Sequence record: OR296290.1
DNA: 64,000 nucleotides
Reading direction: 5' to 3' (one strand)
Source: Escherichia phage SDYTW1-F1-2-2_3
The position numbers and the translations under genes were made by a program. The notes under the pieces are model-generated. The model saw only the letters and a program-made list of their open reading frames with translations. It had not been told where the DNA came from and did not search any database. Positions 1 to 9,230 of the stretch are shown here, in pieces; positions within the stretch are counted from its first letter, which is position 1, and each line of letters begins with the position of its first letter.

Positions 1-1981
1 TAGAACCAAGCGTACAACTTTCAGCATCGCGCCACGGAATCTGCTTAAAACACTCTGAGCAGTAGCCGAGGGTTGACCACATGGCTTTGGTGAAGTCAGT
101 GCTTCGGTTTCCGTCGAAGCTGACAACAGTTTTGCGGAGAGCTGTTCGTGATTCAGGAAACACACCTGCTTTCTCAGCAGGTTCCTCCTTTTTTGGCTTA
201 GTTGAGATTGCAAAAATACTGTTGCTACGTTTCTCAACATAAGCATCAACAACATCCTCCAGAGTGATGCCTGTCTGTTTCGCTGAGGAAGGTAATACAG
301 TCATACGACCGATCATATCTTCAGTTACACGTAAAGCAAACTCAGGACGACGGGCGTTTGTTGTATCTGTTGCTTTAATCCAGACATAACCATCTTTGAT
401 CGTAGCATTAGATACCTTCTTCTTTACATCTACAGCGCAGACTTTACAGATATCTTCACCACGAAGACGACTAAGTTCTTCATCGAACTCATTCTCCGTT
501 TTAACTTCACCGCAGATTTCACAAACACCAATAGGAGTTTCCTCCTCTTCTTCATCTTTAGGTTTAGTCAAACCTTCCAGACATTCAGGGTGCCAGTAGC
601 ATTGATATGCGAAGACTGCTTTAGGTGCATCCTTCCAATCAATGTGTTTGTCACAACCACCGCAATCACCATGAGAGTGTGCTTCCCAGAATTTACGAGT
701 GATAGTAACGCCATTCTTGTTGACGAAACTATCATTCATATCAAAAGGGATATCATCATCGAAGTCAGCAGTAGTAGACTCAGGCTCCTTTTTCTCCAGA
801 GATGGGTCAACAAAACGACCTGCTGTGATTACTAAACGAACCATAGCATTAACTTCGGAGATGCAGGATACTGTCCCACGGTAAACGATTTTAGGGTCTT
901 TCAGGGCATCCTGATAAGCCTTAATGTCTACGTTATGAACATCGCCTTCAATATACTCTTGAGACTTCTCATCGTAGATATAACCAATCATCTTACCACG
1001 AGAAGGAACAGCACCAGCTGTTGCATAAGGAACAAACTCATGTGGTGTGATTTCCACAGTCATGTCGCGGCGAATGTCAATGTTTCGATCGCTTGCGATT
1101 TTGTTTTGACTTACCACTGCGTTTCTTCGACGAACGTCTGCCGCTGTCACTCCCGGCTTCGTGTCGTAAGGATTGCTTGTACTGCTTTTTGAGGAACTTT
1201 GATAATTGCTTTGGCTGTAGTTGTTCGAGTAGTAATTGCCCCAACGATTGATTACCGTAAAAACCGGAAGCTCGTGGGCGACCTCTTCAACTAGAGTCAT
1301 ACTGTTGTTTGACATATCAAAGATATATTCTGTACCAACTTTACATTCAAAGTGCTCATCAATTCGGTTTTTGTGAGACTTAGAACGCTTCAGAATCCAC
1401 ATCAACATGTCTTCTTCAGAAGCACCAAACCAATCTCTGTTACAACGTGCGAGATGGAAAGGACGCTCTTCATTACGGATGATATGAAGGCGGTTATCAG
1501 AAGCATCATGCCAGATTAAGGTGAAAGCACCATCCAGCTTTTGAATAGTCTCTGCTGCACCAATAGTGTTAATAGAGTGGCAGATGTTCTCACTGTCTAC
1601 CTCGAAGTTTTTGCTGTCAGGTAACAGATCTTGGTCCATCAAGGTTCCGTTATGAACCAGAGTGATGTTACCATGTTGGAAAGGATGGGCGTTCTTGGCG
1701 TTAACTGCACCTTTCGTTGCATGACGGCTGTGACCAACAATCCATGAAGGCGCTACAGTGTAAGCTGTTTCACCAGTGGTGTGTTTCTTGTACTCATCTT
1801 GAAGGATGAATGCGAAAGAAGGAAGTGCCTCTTTATAAGTGAAGACTTCCTTAGTGCTCTTACGCTGACCAAAGATACCAGAGGAATGTTGCCCTCGGAA
1901 TACCCCAGCATAAAAGAGTTGGTTAAATACGTCTAAATCAGTGCTTGACAGATTACCGCCAGCTAATACGATGCCACAAAT
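1..1981 (-). CDS. class-II (Ntn-type) glutamine amidotransferase domain protein, asparagine-synthetase-like; 3' end beyond window; predicted AUU start
   Basis: Minus-strand frame open from window edge to 1981; N-terminus reads (M)CGIVLAGG... with downstream GH-R..T.G and HNG motifs typical of Gn-AT class II; AGGTGG SD-like 8 nt upstream of ATT; in-frame TAG two codons upstream leaves no ATG/GTG/TTG. Confidence 0.55.
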   Translation of the reverse strand, partial: MCGIVLAGGNLSSTDLDVFNQLFYAGVFRGQHSSGIFGQRKSTKEVFTYKEALPSFAFILQDEYKKHTTGETAYTVAPSWIVGHSRHATKGAVNAKNAHPFQHGNITLVHNGTLMDQDLLPDSKNFEVDSENICHSINTIGAAETIQKLDGAFTLIWHDASDNRLHIIRNEERPFHLARCNRDWFGASEEDMLMWILKRSKSHKNRIDEHFECKVGTEYIFDMSNNSMTLVEEVAHELPVFTVINRWGNYYSNNYSQSNYQSSSKSSTSNPYDTKPGVTAADVRRRNAVVSQNKIASDRNIDIRRDMTVEITPHEFVPYATAGAVPSRGKMIGYIYDEKSQEYIEGDVHNVDIKAYQDALKDPKIVYRGTVSCISEVNAMVRLVITAGRFVDPSLEKKEPESTTADFDDDIPFDMNDSFVNKNGVTITRKFWEAHSHGDCGGCDKHIDWKDAPKAVFAYQCYWHPECLEGLTKPKDEEEEETPIGVCEICGEVKTENEFDEELSRLRGEDICKVCAVDVKKKVSNATIKDGYVWIKATDTTNARRPEFALRVTEDMIGRMTVLPSSAKQTGITLEDVVDAYVEKRSNSIFAISTKPKKEEPAEKAGVFPESRTALRKTVVSFDGNRSTDFTKAMWSTLGYCSECFKQIPWRDAESCTLGS

Positions 1982-2060
1982 TTTCTAATCCACCTGAAGG
2001 GTAAACCCTTTCATCTAATTAACCTTTAAATTGTGCCCCTTTGCCAGAGGCACCCATTGA

Positions 2061-3164
2061 TTACAGCGCTTGCTCTAACTGATTTTCCAGATGATCTGGA
2101 ATGTACCCTGTGATGTTGTTATCACTGTGTCCTGACTCACGTAGCAAGTCAAAAATAGCACGGATACGTTGCTCTGGTGCAGATCGTACAGTAGATAGAT
2201 CGGTAGTACGAAGCATAACCAGAATCTCTTGGTACAAGTTGTTAGCGTTCCCTCGGACATATCCAAGGAATCCGTAGAAGTCTGAGATATGACGTAGGTC
2301 AACAAGAACTTCTCCGTTGGAGTTGGTTCGACGTAAACGAATACGACCAGACTGTTCTACTTCATGAGAACGACAATACAAAACATCACGGGCCATACAA
2401 TACCCTGAATGCAAGTCCGACTCGTCCAGATTGTAATCCAGAGGAAGGTAAGGAAGCATTGGGGCAAATCGTACAGTATTTAAATGCTCGATAAACTGAT
2501 CATTGCTCATCTCTGCGTTATCTAAAGCCAGCTTCTTCAACATCAAGAAGCGGTTAACCAGATTGAGAAGTTGACCACGTTTCCACTTAGGCTCACTGAT
2601 ACGGAACTCAATCGAACCATATTGGGCAAGTGGCAGAAGGTTCAGAGATGTATATTTATCCCATGAACGAACCAGACGGTTGAAGAACTCTTCATCGTCG
2701 TAGTTAAATGCGTCAGAGGCATTCATTACCTGTGCTTGTACCACTGCGAAAGCAGGGCAGAAGTTGCTACGGTAACGATGGTAGCCTGAACACTTGAACA
2801 ACATCTTTTCATAGAAGGTCCAAGCGAGAATGGTTTTCTTGAGGATATTACTATCAGCATCCCTCATATCCATATGAACGTGAGTAGAGCAACGCCAAGT
2901 CCCCTCGGCGTGCGATTCAGCTACAGCTTCACTCAGGTTGTTGATAGCGTCTAACAACTCCTGTCCGTTGTAAGGTCGTGAACATACCATTTCACAACCA
3001 TTACGCAGGGAACCATCCTCTGTACAATCCCACATATCTGCTTCGATATGATCGGAACCTTCGAGTTCAAGTTCAATACCGACACCGCACTGAAGTGCAA
3101 TTGAACTATGCGCCTCAGTTAAATGACCTTCTCGATATCCAAAAGTTTGCGCTACAGTTGTCAT
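2061..3164 (-). CDS. glutamine-synthetase-like amidoligase family protein (putative)
   Basis: 367-aa track ORF; GVGIELELEG and STHVHMDM motifs resemble the E-x-E and H-V-H signatures of amidoligase/GS-like ligases; adjacent to the amidotransferase gene. Confidence 0.45.
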   Translation of the reverse strand: MTTVAQTFGYREGHLTEAHSSIALQCGVGIELELEGSDHIEADMWDCTEDGSLRNGCEMVCSRPYNGQELLDAINNLSEAVAESHAEGTWRCSTHVHMDMRDADSNILKKTILAWTFYEKMLFKCSGYHRYRSNFCPAFAVVQAQVMNASDAFNYDDEEFFNRLVRSWDKYTSLNLLPLAQYGSIEFRISEPKWKRGQLLNLVNRFLMLKKLALDNAEMSNDQFIEHLNTVRFAPMLPYLPLDYNLDESDLHSGYCMARDVLYCRSHEVEQSGRIRLRRTNSNGEVLVDLRHISDFYGFLGYVRGNANNLYQEILVMLRTTDLSTVRSAPEQRIRAIFDLLRESGHSDNNITGYIPDHLENQLEQAL

Positions 3165-3778
3165 AATGAATCCACCAACGTAATATTGTAATTGCTAAGG
3201 TTTTCAGAAATGTGATGAAAGTGTTCCAGAAGTCGCATCGGTTGCTGACCGTAAGAGTCACGAGGCGCTTCCAGATCTACTTGTCCTACCAGTGCACCTT
3301 TATAATGCACCTTACCATCAGTAGGGTTGATGTAAATATAACGAGTGACCAATCCTTCGAATTCAGGATTGAACAGACTGTAAACCATCTCCCCGGAGAT
3401 AGCACGACCAACACCCGGAGCATTTCGAATCTTGTTACCCATCAAACCCTTTGCTCTCTGACGAACAGGGTTAATATGAGTCCAGCTTACAGTGTTACCG
3501 TTATGGAACAGATAACCAACATCAGGTGATTCAAGAATCAAGGTTGGGTCGAACACTGGAATATTCATCGTAGTATTTCGAAGATTCCCTTGCTCGTTCT
3601 TGTACCACTGCTCTACAACAAAGTACAGAGCCTGTTCTGCTTCGTGAGAGAAGTCATCACTGCGGAAGTTACCGCTCTGCTCAACACCAATCACAAAACA
3701 CGGAAGGTTGATATTACCTGCTCGTTTAGCAATCCATGTACCATTATAGTAATGAGAAAAATCAGCTACTAAGCTCAC
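3161..3778 (-). CDS. hypothetical protein in amidoligase cluster
   Basis: 205-aa ORF; 4-nt overlap with downstream gene; no motif recognised. Confidence 0.5.
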   Translation of the reverse strand: MSLVADFSHYYNGTWIAKRAGNINLPCFVIGVEQSGNFRSDDFSHEAEQALYFVVEQWYKNEQGNLRNTTMNIPVFDPTLILESPDVGYLFHNGNTVSWTHINPVRQRAKGLMGNKIRNAPGVGRAISGEMVYSLFNPEFEGLVTRYIYINPTDGKVHYKGALVGQVDLEAPRDSYGQQPMRLLEHFHHISENLSNYNITLVDSL

Positions 3779-3787
3779 GATAACCTC

Positions 3788-4597
3788 TTATGCTACCTGA
3801 AGGAGTTTGATCTGCTGGTCAGCTTCTTTAACGTTGTTGCCGTTAATGATTTCATGAAGCTTCTCAATCGGAAGGCGAGAGTGCAATGCCATCAGAGTGG
3901 ACATATCACACTGCTGAACAACCTTGTCAACCTGATCGTAAACAAACTTACGATTTTCACGATCACTAATCCAGAAATTAGACAGTGAACGATATTCAAT
4001 ACCGTAGTCTTTATAACGGATTGCAGACGCTTTACCGTAGAGTTCTTTACGGCGAGTATCTTTATCCATAATAACTGCTGGAAGAGATAGGAAGTAATCA
4101 CACAACACACCCAGCATCATCTGAGTTTGCAGAGTGATATCCAAAGCACCAACTACGCCGAGATGTACGTGACCACCGGCAGTACGAAGTCCCTTATTCT
4201 GAGAAGTCGGGGATGGGTTCTTCTGACCAGTGAAAGCGTTGAAATCAGGAGTGCATCCGAAGATGAACGCTGATTCATTGAAAGTCTTCATCTCTTCTTC
4301 AGTGAAGATGTGAGAGCTAACACCCGGAGCTGTTTCCATGTCCAGTTTGTTCAGGACATTGTTGGTGAGATCGATACCACGTTGCATGTTATCGTTAAAC
4401 GCTTCAAAGCCGCTCTGTGGGTCAATATCAAACTCAGCCAGTACGTTGTCCTCTTGAAGACGAACATCCTTAGCCAGAGTGATCTTATCGTCCTTAGAAC
4501 AACCTAACAGACCAGCTACAGAGGTGATAATACCATTGCTGGTACGAACGAACATTTCCGGGTCGCTTCCTATTAAGAATTTACGTTTAGTAGTCAT
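3788..4597 (-). CDS. COOH-NH2 ligase-like (GS/GCS-like) protein (putative)
   Basis: 269-aa ORF; FLIGSDPEMF and GGHVHLGV motifs resemble carboxylate-amine ligases; same operon as amidoligase. Confidence 0.4.
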   Translation of the reverse strand: MTTKRKFLIGSDPEMFVRTSNGIITSVAGLLGCSKDDKITLAKDVRLQEDNVLAEFDIDPQSGFEAFNDNMQRGIDLTNNVLNKLDMETAPGVSSHIFTEEEMKTFNESAFIFGCTPDFNAFTGQKNPSPTSQNKGLRTAGGHVHLGVVGALDITLQTQMMLGVLCDYFLSLPAVIMDKDTRRKELYGKASAIRYKDYGIEYRSLSNFWISDRENRKFVYDQVDKVVQQCDMSTLMALHSRLPIEKLHEIINGNNVKEADQQIKLLQVA

Positions 4598-5064
4598 GCT
4601 TTAGTCCAACCTTTATGAGATAGATAGTTTTTAAATCTGCCACTGTGCACAGCGCCCATGTGGCCTTGATGTAAGTCGTTGCTTCTACAGAAGTCTCTAA
4701 GATTGTATATTGTTACAACCTCGCCATCTGGAGATCTAAACTTCCAAAATCTAGCATTCCCTTTCACAGCGTTTTCTTCACTGGTCAGAAGTTGGAAATT
4801 ACTTGGGTGGTTATTAAGTTTATCACCATCGATGTGATCAACAGTCATACCATCCGGAATAGGTCCAATAAACAATTCATACATAAGTCTATGTAATAAA
4901 AAGTTCCTTGTTATCTTTTCAGGGGCTTGCACTGTTGTAAACTTTAGATAACCATCCTTATCAGGAAACAGTTTCCTCTGTTTCCCTGTTCTTGAATGGA
5001 ATATACTACCATCTTCGAACACTAAGAAGGTAGCAACTCCGACTACTAACTCCCTAAATTCCAT
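4594..5064 (-). CDS. HNH homing endonuclease
   Basis: 156 aa; VDHIDGDKLNNHPSNFQLLTSEEN matches the HNH His-Asn-His motif; free-standing between ligase-cluster genes. Confidence 0.65.
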   Translation of the reverse strand: MEFRELVVGVATFLVFEDGSIFHSRTGKQRKLFPDKDGYLKFTTVQAPEKITRNFLLHRLMYELFIGPIPDGMTVDHIDGDKLNNHPSNFQLLTSEENAVKGNARFWKFRSPDGEVVTIYNLRDFCRSNDLHQGHMGAVHSGRFKNYLSHKGWTKA

Positions 5065-5091
5065 AGGAAGGAGCCAATAAGGAAAGCGCGC

Positions 5092-6063
5092 TTAGTCATT
5101 GTAATACTCCACTAATTCAGAAAAGAGAGATGAGATTGTGTTACCAACTTCTTCAAGAGTAAGACCGGAATCTGCTCCAGTTCTTTGAATCAGTCGGGCT
5201 GTAAAGTTTTGTACTGTAATGTTTCCCAACTTGTCGTCTATTGCTTCACGTTTGTGACCATAACAGTTGGACCAGAGTCTTAACCACTCTGACATTGTTT
5301 CATACTCGTCCGGGTCTTGATCTTTAGCACGAGCAAATCTTCGTAAGGCATCTTGGTTATGGTTACGAACATAACCATTCTCGTTGTCGCCAACACCGAA
5401 GGGGTTTTGAACCCATACTTGCTTCGTGTATTCATCAGAGTCTACAACCAAAGGAAGGAATGCTGCTGCTGACATATTGTTATTAACAACAATAGAGGTG
5501 CTCTCGCTACTCCCATTGGCTCTTCCTCGTTGAGACCACCCACCGAAGAAGTCACGACCCAACCCAGCTAACACTAGAGCGATGCCGATGCGTTTACGCT
5601 TCAGCCACTCTTCCCTGTCTTCAATTCCTTCTGCTAGGAAATCCATTCCACGATACTGCCCTTCCAGAATACTACGGAAAAGCATAAGTCCTGTGAAGAT
5701 CTGATCTGCTGGATGCTCACGGAGGTTGACAGCAACACTATTCGCTGAAGTGATTGTAAATACGTCACGATAGCAAGACATAGAGTTCATAATGTCTGCT
5801 GTTTCAACCAAGTTCTTTTCAATATCAGATGCAACATGACCGTGAAAAGAGTGAGTCCAGTAATTCAACATCTCCAATTGCAAGTTGATATCACGGTTGA
5901 AGCGTCTATAATGCCTCTCTCCCATGATAACTTCACCATTAACATCAGTTACGCACTGGCCTTGCATGTAGTTGTGGATACCGAAGCATCCACGACCTAA
6001 GAACTTCTGTTCCCCTAAATCTTGTTGAAGACTCAGAGGTACGATCGTTGTGGAGATTGACAT
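5092..6063 (-). CDS. hypothetical protein in amidoligase cluster
   Basis: 323-aa ORF co-directional with cluster; family not recognised. Confidence 0.5.
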   Translation of the reverse strand: MSISTTIVPLSLQQDLGEQKFLGRGCFGIHNYMQGQCVTDVNGEVIMGERHYRRFNRDINLQLEMLNYWTHSFHGHVASDIEKNLVETADIMNSMSCYRDVFTITSANSVAVNLREHPADQIFTGLMLFRSILEGQYRGMDFLAEGIEDREEWLKRKRIGIALVLAGLGRDFFGGWSQRGRANGSSESTSIVVNNNMSAAAFLPLVVDSDEYTKQVWVQNPFGVGDNENGYVRNHNQDALRRFARAKDQDPDEYETMSEWLRLWSNCYGHKREAIDDKLGNITVQNFTARLIQRTGADSGLTLEEVGNTISSLFSELVEYYND

Positions 6064-6073
6064 AACTAACCTT

Positions 6074-7270
6074 TTATTTTCCTAAAAATAATCCGCTCAT
6101 AACACCATCCCACTCAGAGGACGGAATCACTGAATACTCCGAACTTTGGTCCAGAGTTCCACTACTAAATCGCTGAACAATGTTATAGATGTTGAACATA
6201 TCTTTAGTCTCAGCGCGATAAGCGTAGACTAGTCTGTCAGCCGTTCTTTCATCTTTAGATACTCGACGAGCAAAGGTAACCAGAAGGTTATCACCTTTCA
6301 GTATTTCTGACTCATCTTTTACTAAATCAGGATGCATAACTGGCAAGAACATCGAGTTATTAACTCTCAATTCTGCTGTTTCGTCATTATCATAATGAAT
6401 CCACTTAAAGTCTTCATCACGGAAGTGACCGCATCCATCTCTGTATGACTGTTGACGCCAAGGTACTTGGAATGCTTCAGCATACTTATCAGCCATGCCT
6501 ACTGTAAACAGCGACGCTGGGAAGATACAAGCATCCCAATCATTACCAACCAGAGTTGCTTTCGTTTCACCCAAGAGGTTAGTGTAAGTGCTAACCATTC
6601 GGGAATAAACGTAAGCCTGAAGGATTGTCCAACCTTCAACCAACCATTTATGAAGGAAGGTTTCAACTTGACTCTCTTCATCTTCACAATAGAAGGTTCG
6701 ATCTAACATCAAATAGAACAGACAACGATCAGCAGGAACATTCTCAGTTGCTACACCCATAAAACCTTTATCGTGCCAGCGTAAACAGGAGGGACGATCT
6801 TTGTCCACAAATGCTTCCATAGCTTCCAGTACAGCACGAGGTGTGGTTTGATGTTCAGGGTTTTTACTGTTCCAACGATCAATGTTATTCTTAGGAGGTG
6901 TGTCTTCATCTTCATACGAACACCAACTTAAAGCTTCAGCTACGTGCTTTCCATCACGCCAGCGTCTAAAACCTAACATCTTCATGTGAGTTCCGGAGTT
7001 CCAGATATGCTTGATTTTACACATATCCATTTCTCGACTTAACAGGAACTCTTCCCCATCAGCACTACGAACGTTAGCTTCTTCATGCCACACTCGAACG
7101 TGCATATTCCACCCATGAGTTGCCTCATACATGTTAGGGTCGAAGTATTCATCTTCGTCATCATCTTCATCAACGCCACCATTATAGTTGCGAAGCTGAA
7201 GGAACCCATAACAAGGAGGGTGGACCGTTAAAACATTACCTTCAGTATCTTCTAATGTTACTGGAAACAT
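6074..7270 (-). CDS. hypothetical protein with acidic tract, in amidoligase cluster
   Basis: 398-aa ORF; DEDDDEDEY acidic run near N-terminus; family not recognised. Confidence 0.5.
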   Translation of the reverse strand: MFPVTLEDTEGNVLTVHPPCYGFLQLRNYNGGVDEDDDEDEYFDPNMYEATHGWNMHVRVWHEEANVRSADGEEFLLSREMDMCKIKHIWNSGTHMKMLGFRRWRDGKHVAEALSWCSYEDEDTPPKNNIDRWNSKNPEHQTTPRAVLEAMEAFVDKDRPSCLRWHDKGFMGVATENVPADRCLFYLMLDRTFYCEDEESQVETFLHKWLVEGWTILQAYVYSRMVSTYTNLLGETKATLVGNDWDACIFPASLFTVGMADKYAEAFQVPWRQQSYRDGCGHFRDEDFKWIHYDNDETAELRVNNSMFLPVMHPDLVKDESEILKGDNLLVTFARRVSKDERTADRLVYAYRAETKDMFNIYNIVQRFSSGTLDQSSEYSVIPSSEWDGVMSGLFLGK

Positions 7271-7281
7271 TATACCAACCT

Positions 7282-7644
7282 CTATTGGTTTTTAATCAAC
7301 TCAATCGACTTACGGATATAAAGAATATCTCGGAAGTTTCGATAGTTGTTCATAAATTGGTGCTTCTGGAAAGTAGCTTCTTCCAGAGCTTTCTTTGCTT
7401 CTGTGTAGTTTTTACGGGCAAGATGTACAACCCGCTCTGGTAACACATTTGCATGACGGATGACATACTTGTGAGCTTTCATGTTGCTTTGCTCACGAGT
7501 AATCTTACCTTTAGCAACTTTGATACCATTTGCAATCCAAGCAAGTTCTTGCTCAAGCTCATCGTTGGACATTCCACCGAGATTTGATGCAACCTTGTTC
7601 AGAGTTTCAATATTAACGTTGCCCTTAATGGGACGTGTATTCAT
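7282..7644 (-). CDS. hypothetical protein
   Basis: 120-aa ORF, tight spacing with neighbours. Confidence 0.45.
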   Translation of the reverse strand: MNTRPIKGNVNIETLNKVASNLGGMSNDELEQELAWIANGIKVAKGKITREQSNMKAHKYVIRHANVLPERVVHLARKNYTEAKKALEEATFQKHQFMNNYRNFRDILYIRKSIELIKNQ

Positions 7645-7646
7645 AC

Positions 7647-7799
7647 TTACTCCTGTTGTTTACACTCGTCAATAACCCACTGATAAGTGGATTGCCCAGA
7701 AAAGAAACACTGAATAAATCCAGATGTTCTCTGCGTTACCAGTGCTAGTGCACAAATCACTACCGCTGCTGCTAGCAGTTTTAAATCTAATTTAGACAT
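7647..7799 (-). CDS. small membrane protein (putative)
   Basis: Start moved to internal ATG (7797-7799) preceded by GAGAGGAAA SD; hydrophobic LLAAAVVICALALV segment. Confidence 0.35.
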   Translation of the reverse strand: MSKLDLKLLAAAVVICALALVTQRTSGFIQCFFSGQSTYQWVIDECKQQE

Positions 7800-7995
7800 A
7801 TTTCCTCTCGTTGAATTTAAAAAAGGACTCTCCGAAAAGAGCCAAGCTTTAAATCCAAAAAAGATATCACCCAATATCTGTGGATAACCTGCTCTTAAAA
7901 TATCTATCCGACGGATGTTTGAGGATTATTCCTCGCCCTAGCATCGGCCCCATACGGGAAATATATTAAGATTAGGTTAGTTGAGTTAGAATAAC

Positions 7996-8031
7996 TCACA
8001 TAGCCCTCCGAAGAAGGCTATAGGCGTTACT
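7996..8031 (-). promoter_or_regulatory. conserved stem-loop element at gene 3' end (copy 1)
   Basis: CTCACATAGCCC...GGCTATAGG...GTTACT overlapping the stop codon; second copy at 12331-12377. Confidence 0.4.
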
Positions 8032-8260
8032 CGCCTTTCTTAGCACGATCTTTGGCAGTTTTGCCAGTGCGGATACGATGGGAAACGTTAACCAGAGTGC
8101 CACCATCAACTACGGTAACGCTCTTGTTTTTAGCCAGATCAAACACAGTCTTCTCTGTGCCACCCAAGCGAATTTGCTTAGGCTCGCTGAAGGTTTGGGT
8201 TGATTTGGATTGGAACTGGAACGGTTGACGAATTGCATCGATTGCGCTTACTTTAGACAT
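8027..8260 (-). CDS. hypothetical protein
   Basis: Track ORF 8027-8338 trimmed to internal ATG at 8258-8260 (MSKVSAID...); longer form would run across a palindrome. Confidence 0.4.
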   Translation of the reverse strand: MSKVSAIDAIRQPFQFQSKSTQTFSEPKQIRLGGTEKTVFDLAKNKSVTVVDGGTLVNVSHRIRTGKTAKDRAKKGE

Positions 8261-8287
8261 AGGGAAATTCCTTAAAAAGTCATGGCT

Positions 8288-8309
8288 GCGTAGAGGGAAT
8301 TCCCTACGC
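8288..8309. promoter_or_regulatory. 22-bp near-perfect palindrome centred on GAATTC
   Basis: GCGTAGAGGGAATTCCCTACGC about 30 nt upstream of ATG 8260. Confidence 0.35.
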
Positions 8310-8331
8310 AAATTGGGCCGCCCACAGAGAG

Positions 8332-8349
8332 GCGTCATAGTACTAAAAG
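8332..8349 (-). promoter_or_regulatory. conserved 18-nt intergenic motif GCGTCATAGTACTAAAAG (copy 1)
   Basis: Identical 18-mer with palindromic core TAGTACTA, flanked by similar purine-rich sequence; just downstream of a minus-strand stop. Confidence 0.4.
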
Positions 8350-8365
8350 GAGGAGAGAAGAGGGA

Positions 8366-8482
8366 TTATTTAGCTACCTTTTTCTGTCCGTTTACGAACC
8401 AGATAATTGAACCGTCAGGCTGTCGTTGACCGAAGCCTTTCTGATTAATCATATCGTCATAAGAATACGCTTTACGTCTCAT
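8366..8482 (-). CDS. small basic protein (38 aa)
   Basis: ATG overlaps upstream TGA stop (ATGA) suggesting translational coupling; below track length cutoff. Confidence 0.3.
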   Translation of the reverse strand: MRRKAYSYDDMINQKGFGQRQPDGSIIWFVNGQKKVAK

Positions 8483-8739
8483 TTGTTTTCCTGTGGAGTT
8501 AAGATAATTTCAACCTTACTAAACTTCTCACCAACAACCATATCACCAGAGATGACACGTAGTTCTCCCGTGCCTAAATTAACAGCTCCAGCAGGTTGAC
8601 AACCTCTGCTCTTGGCTGTCATCATGTAAATCTTTTGATTCTGGCACTCTTGGAGTGTGAACACATCAGACATGTTTAGATCTTTAACACGAAGAACTGT
8701 CTTTTCTATGAAATCAACCTTGATACTGATAGTGCTCAT
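8479..8739 (-). CDS. small protein, GDVF-family paralog (putative)
   Basis: 86 aa; shares hydrophobic-x-x-(G/S)DVF ... C ... NLGTG pattern with neighbouring small proteins. Confidence 0.45.
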   Translation of the reverse strand: MSTISIKVDFIEKTVLRVKDLNMSDVFTLQECQNQKIYMMTAKSRGCQPAGAVNLGTGELRVISGDMVVGEKFSKVEIILTPQENK

Positions 8740-8744
8740 TGGTG

Positions 8745-8990
8745 TTATTCCTGAACCACTGACATACGAATCACTTCAACTGGGGCATCACTTTTCATAA
8801 CACCTAGTACACCAGTAAGAAGATTAACTGTAGTAATCCAACCTTCTTCGACAGAGATTTTGTTGGATACATTACTAACACGGATGTAGTACTGAGGAGT
8901 TGCTGTTCCTCGCTGAACTACGAAAGGGTTTCCGGGAATAATTGTAGCCAGTGAAACAGTGTTATCTTTAATCTTTGGGATGATCTTCAT
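8745..8990 (-). CDS. hypothetical small protein
   Basis: Track ORF trimmed to ATG at 8988-8990 immediately after upstream stop (8992-8994). Confidence 0.4.
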   Translation of the reverse strand: MKIIPKIKDNTVSLATIIPGNPFVVQRGTATPQYYIRVSNVSNKISVEEGWITTVNLLTGVLGVMKSDAPVEVIRMSVVQE

Positions 8991-8991
8991 A

Positions 8992-9222
8992 TTATTTACC
9001 CTGAATAATGAGTTTCGATTCGAACAGCTCAACAGTATTGGAATGAGGGACTGGAAAGAAAATATCTTTAGAATTCCGAACACCCATTGCAGAGTGGTCC
9101 CCTGTTTTTATCCAGAATTTAGGGACTACATCGTCACCAATAAAACGGAAAACATCTCCATTCTCCAAGTCAGAGAAAGTCTTGGAGGGTTCTTTACTTT
9201 TTGGTACTTGTTCAAAGTTCAT
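8992..9222 (-). CDS. small protein, GDVF-family paralog
   Basis: 76 aa; LENGDVFRF...KFWIKTGD motif. Confidence 0.5.
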   Translation of the reverse strand: MNFEQVPKSKEPSKTFSDLENGDVFRFIGDDVVPKFWIKTGDHSAMGVRNSKDIFFPVPHSNTVELFESKLIIQGK

Positions 9223-9230
9223 CTTGATTC

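Noticed and set aside
396-1192. Plus-strand ORFs of 61-85 aa listed in the track
   Set aside because: They lie antisense within the long open minus-strand amidotransferase frame, have low-complexity translations and no ribosome-binding sites.
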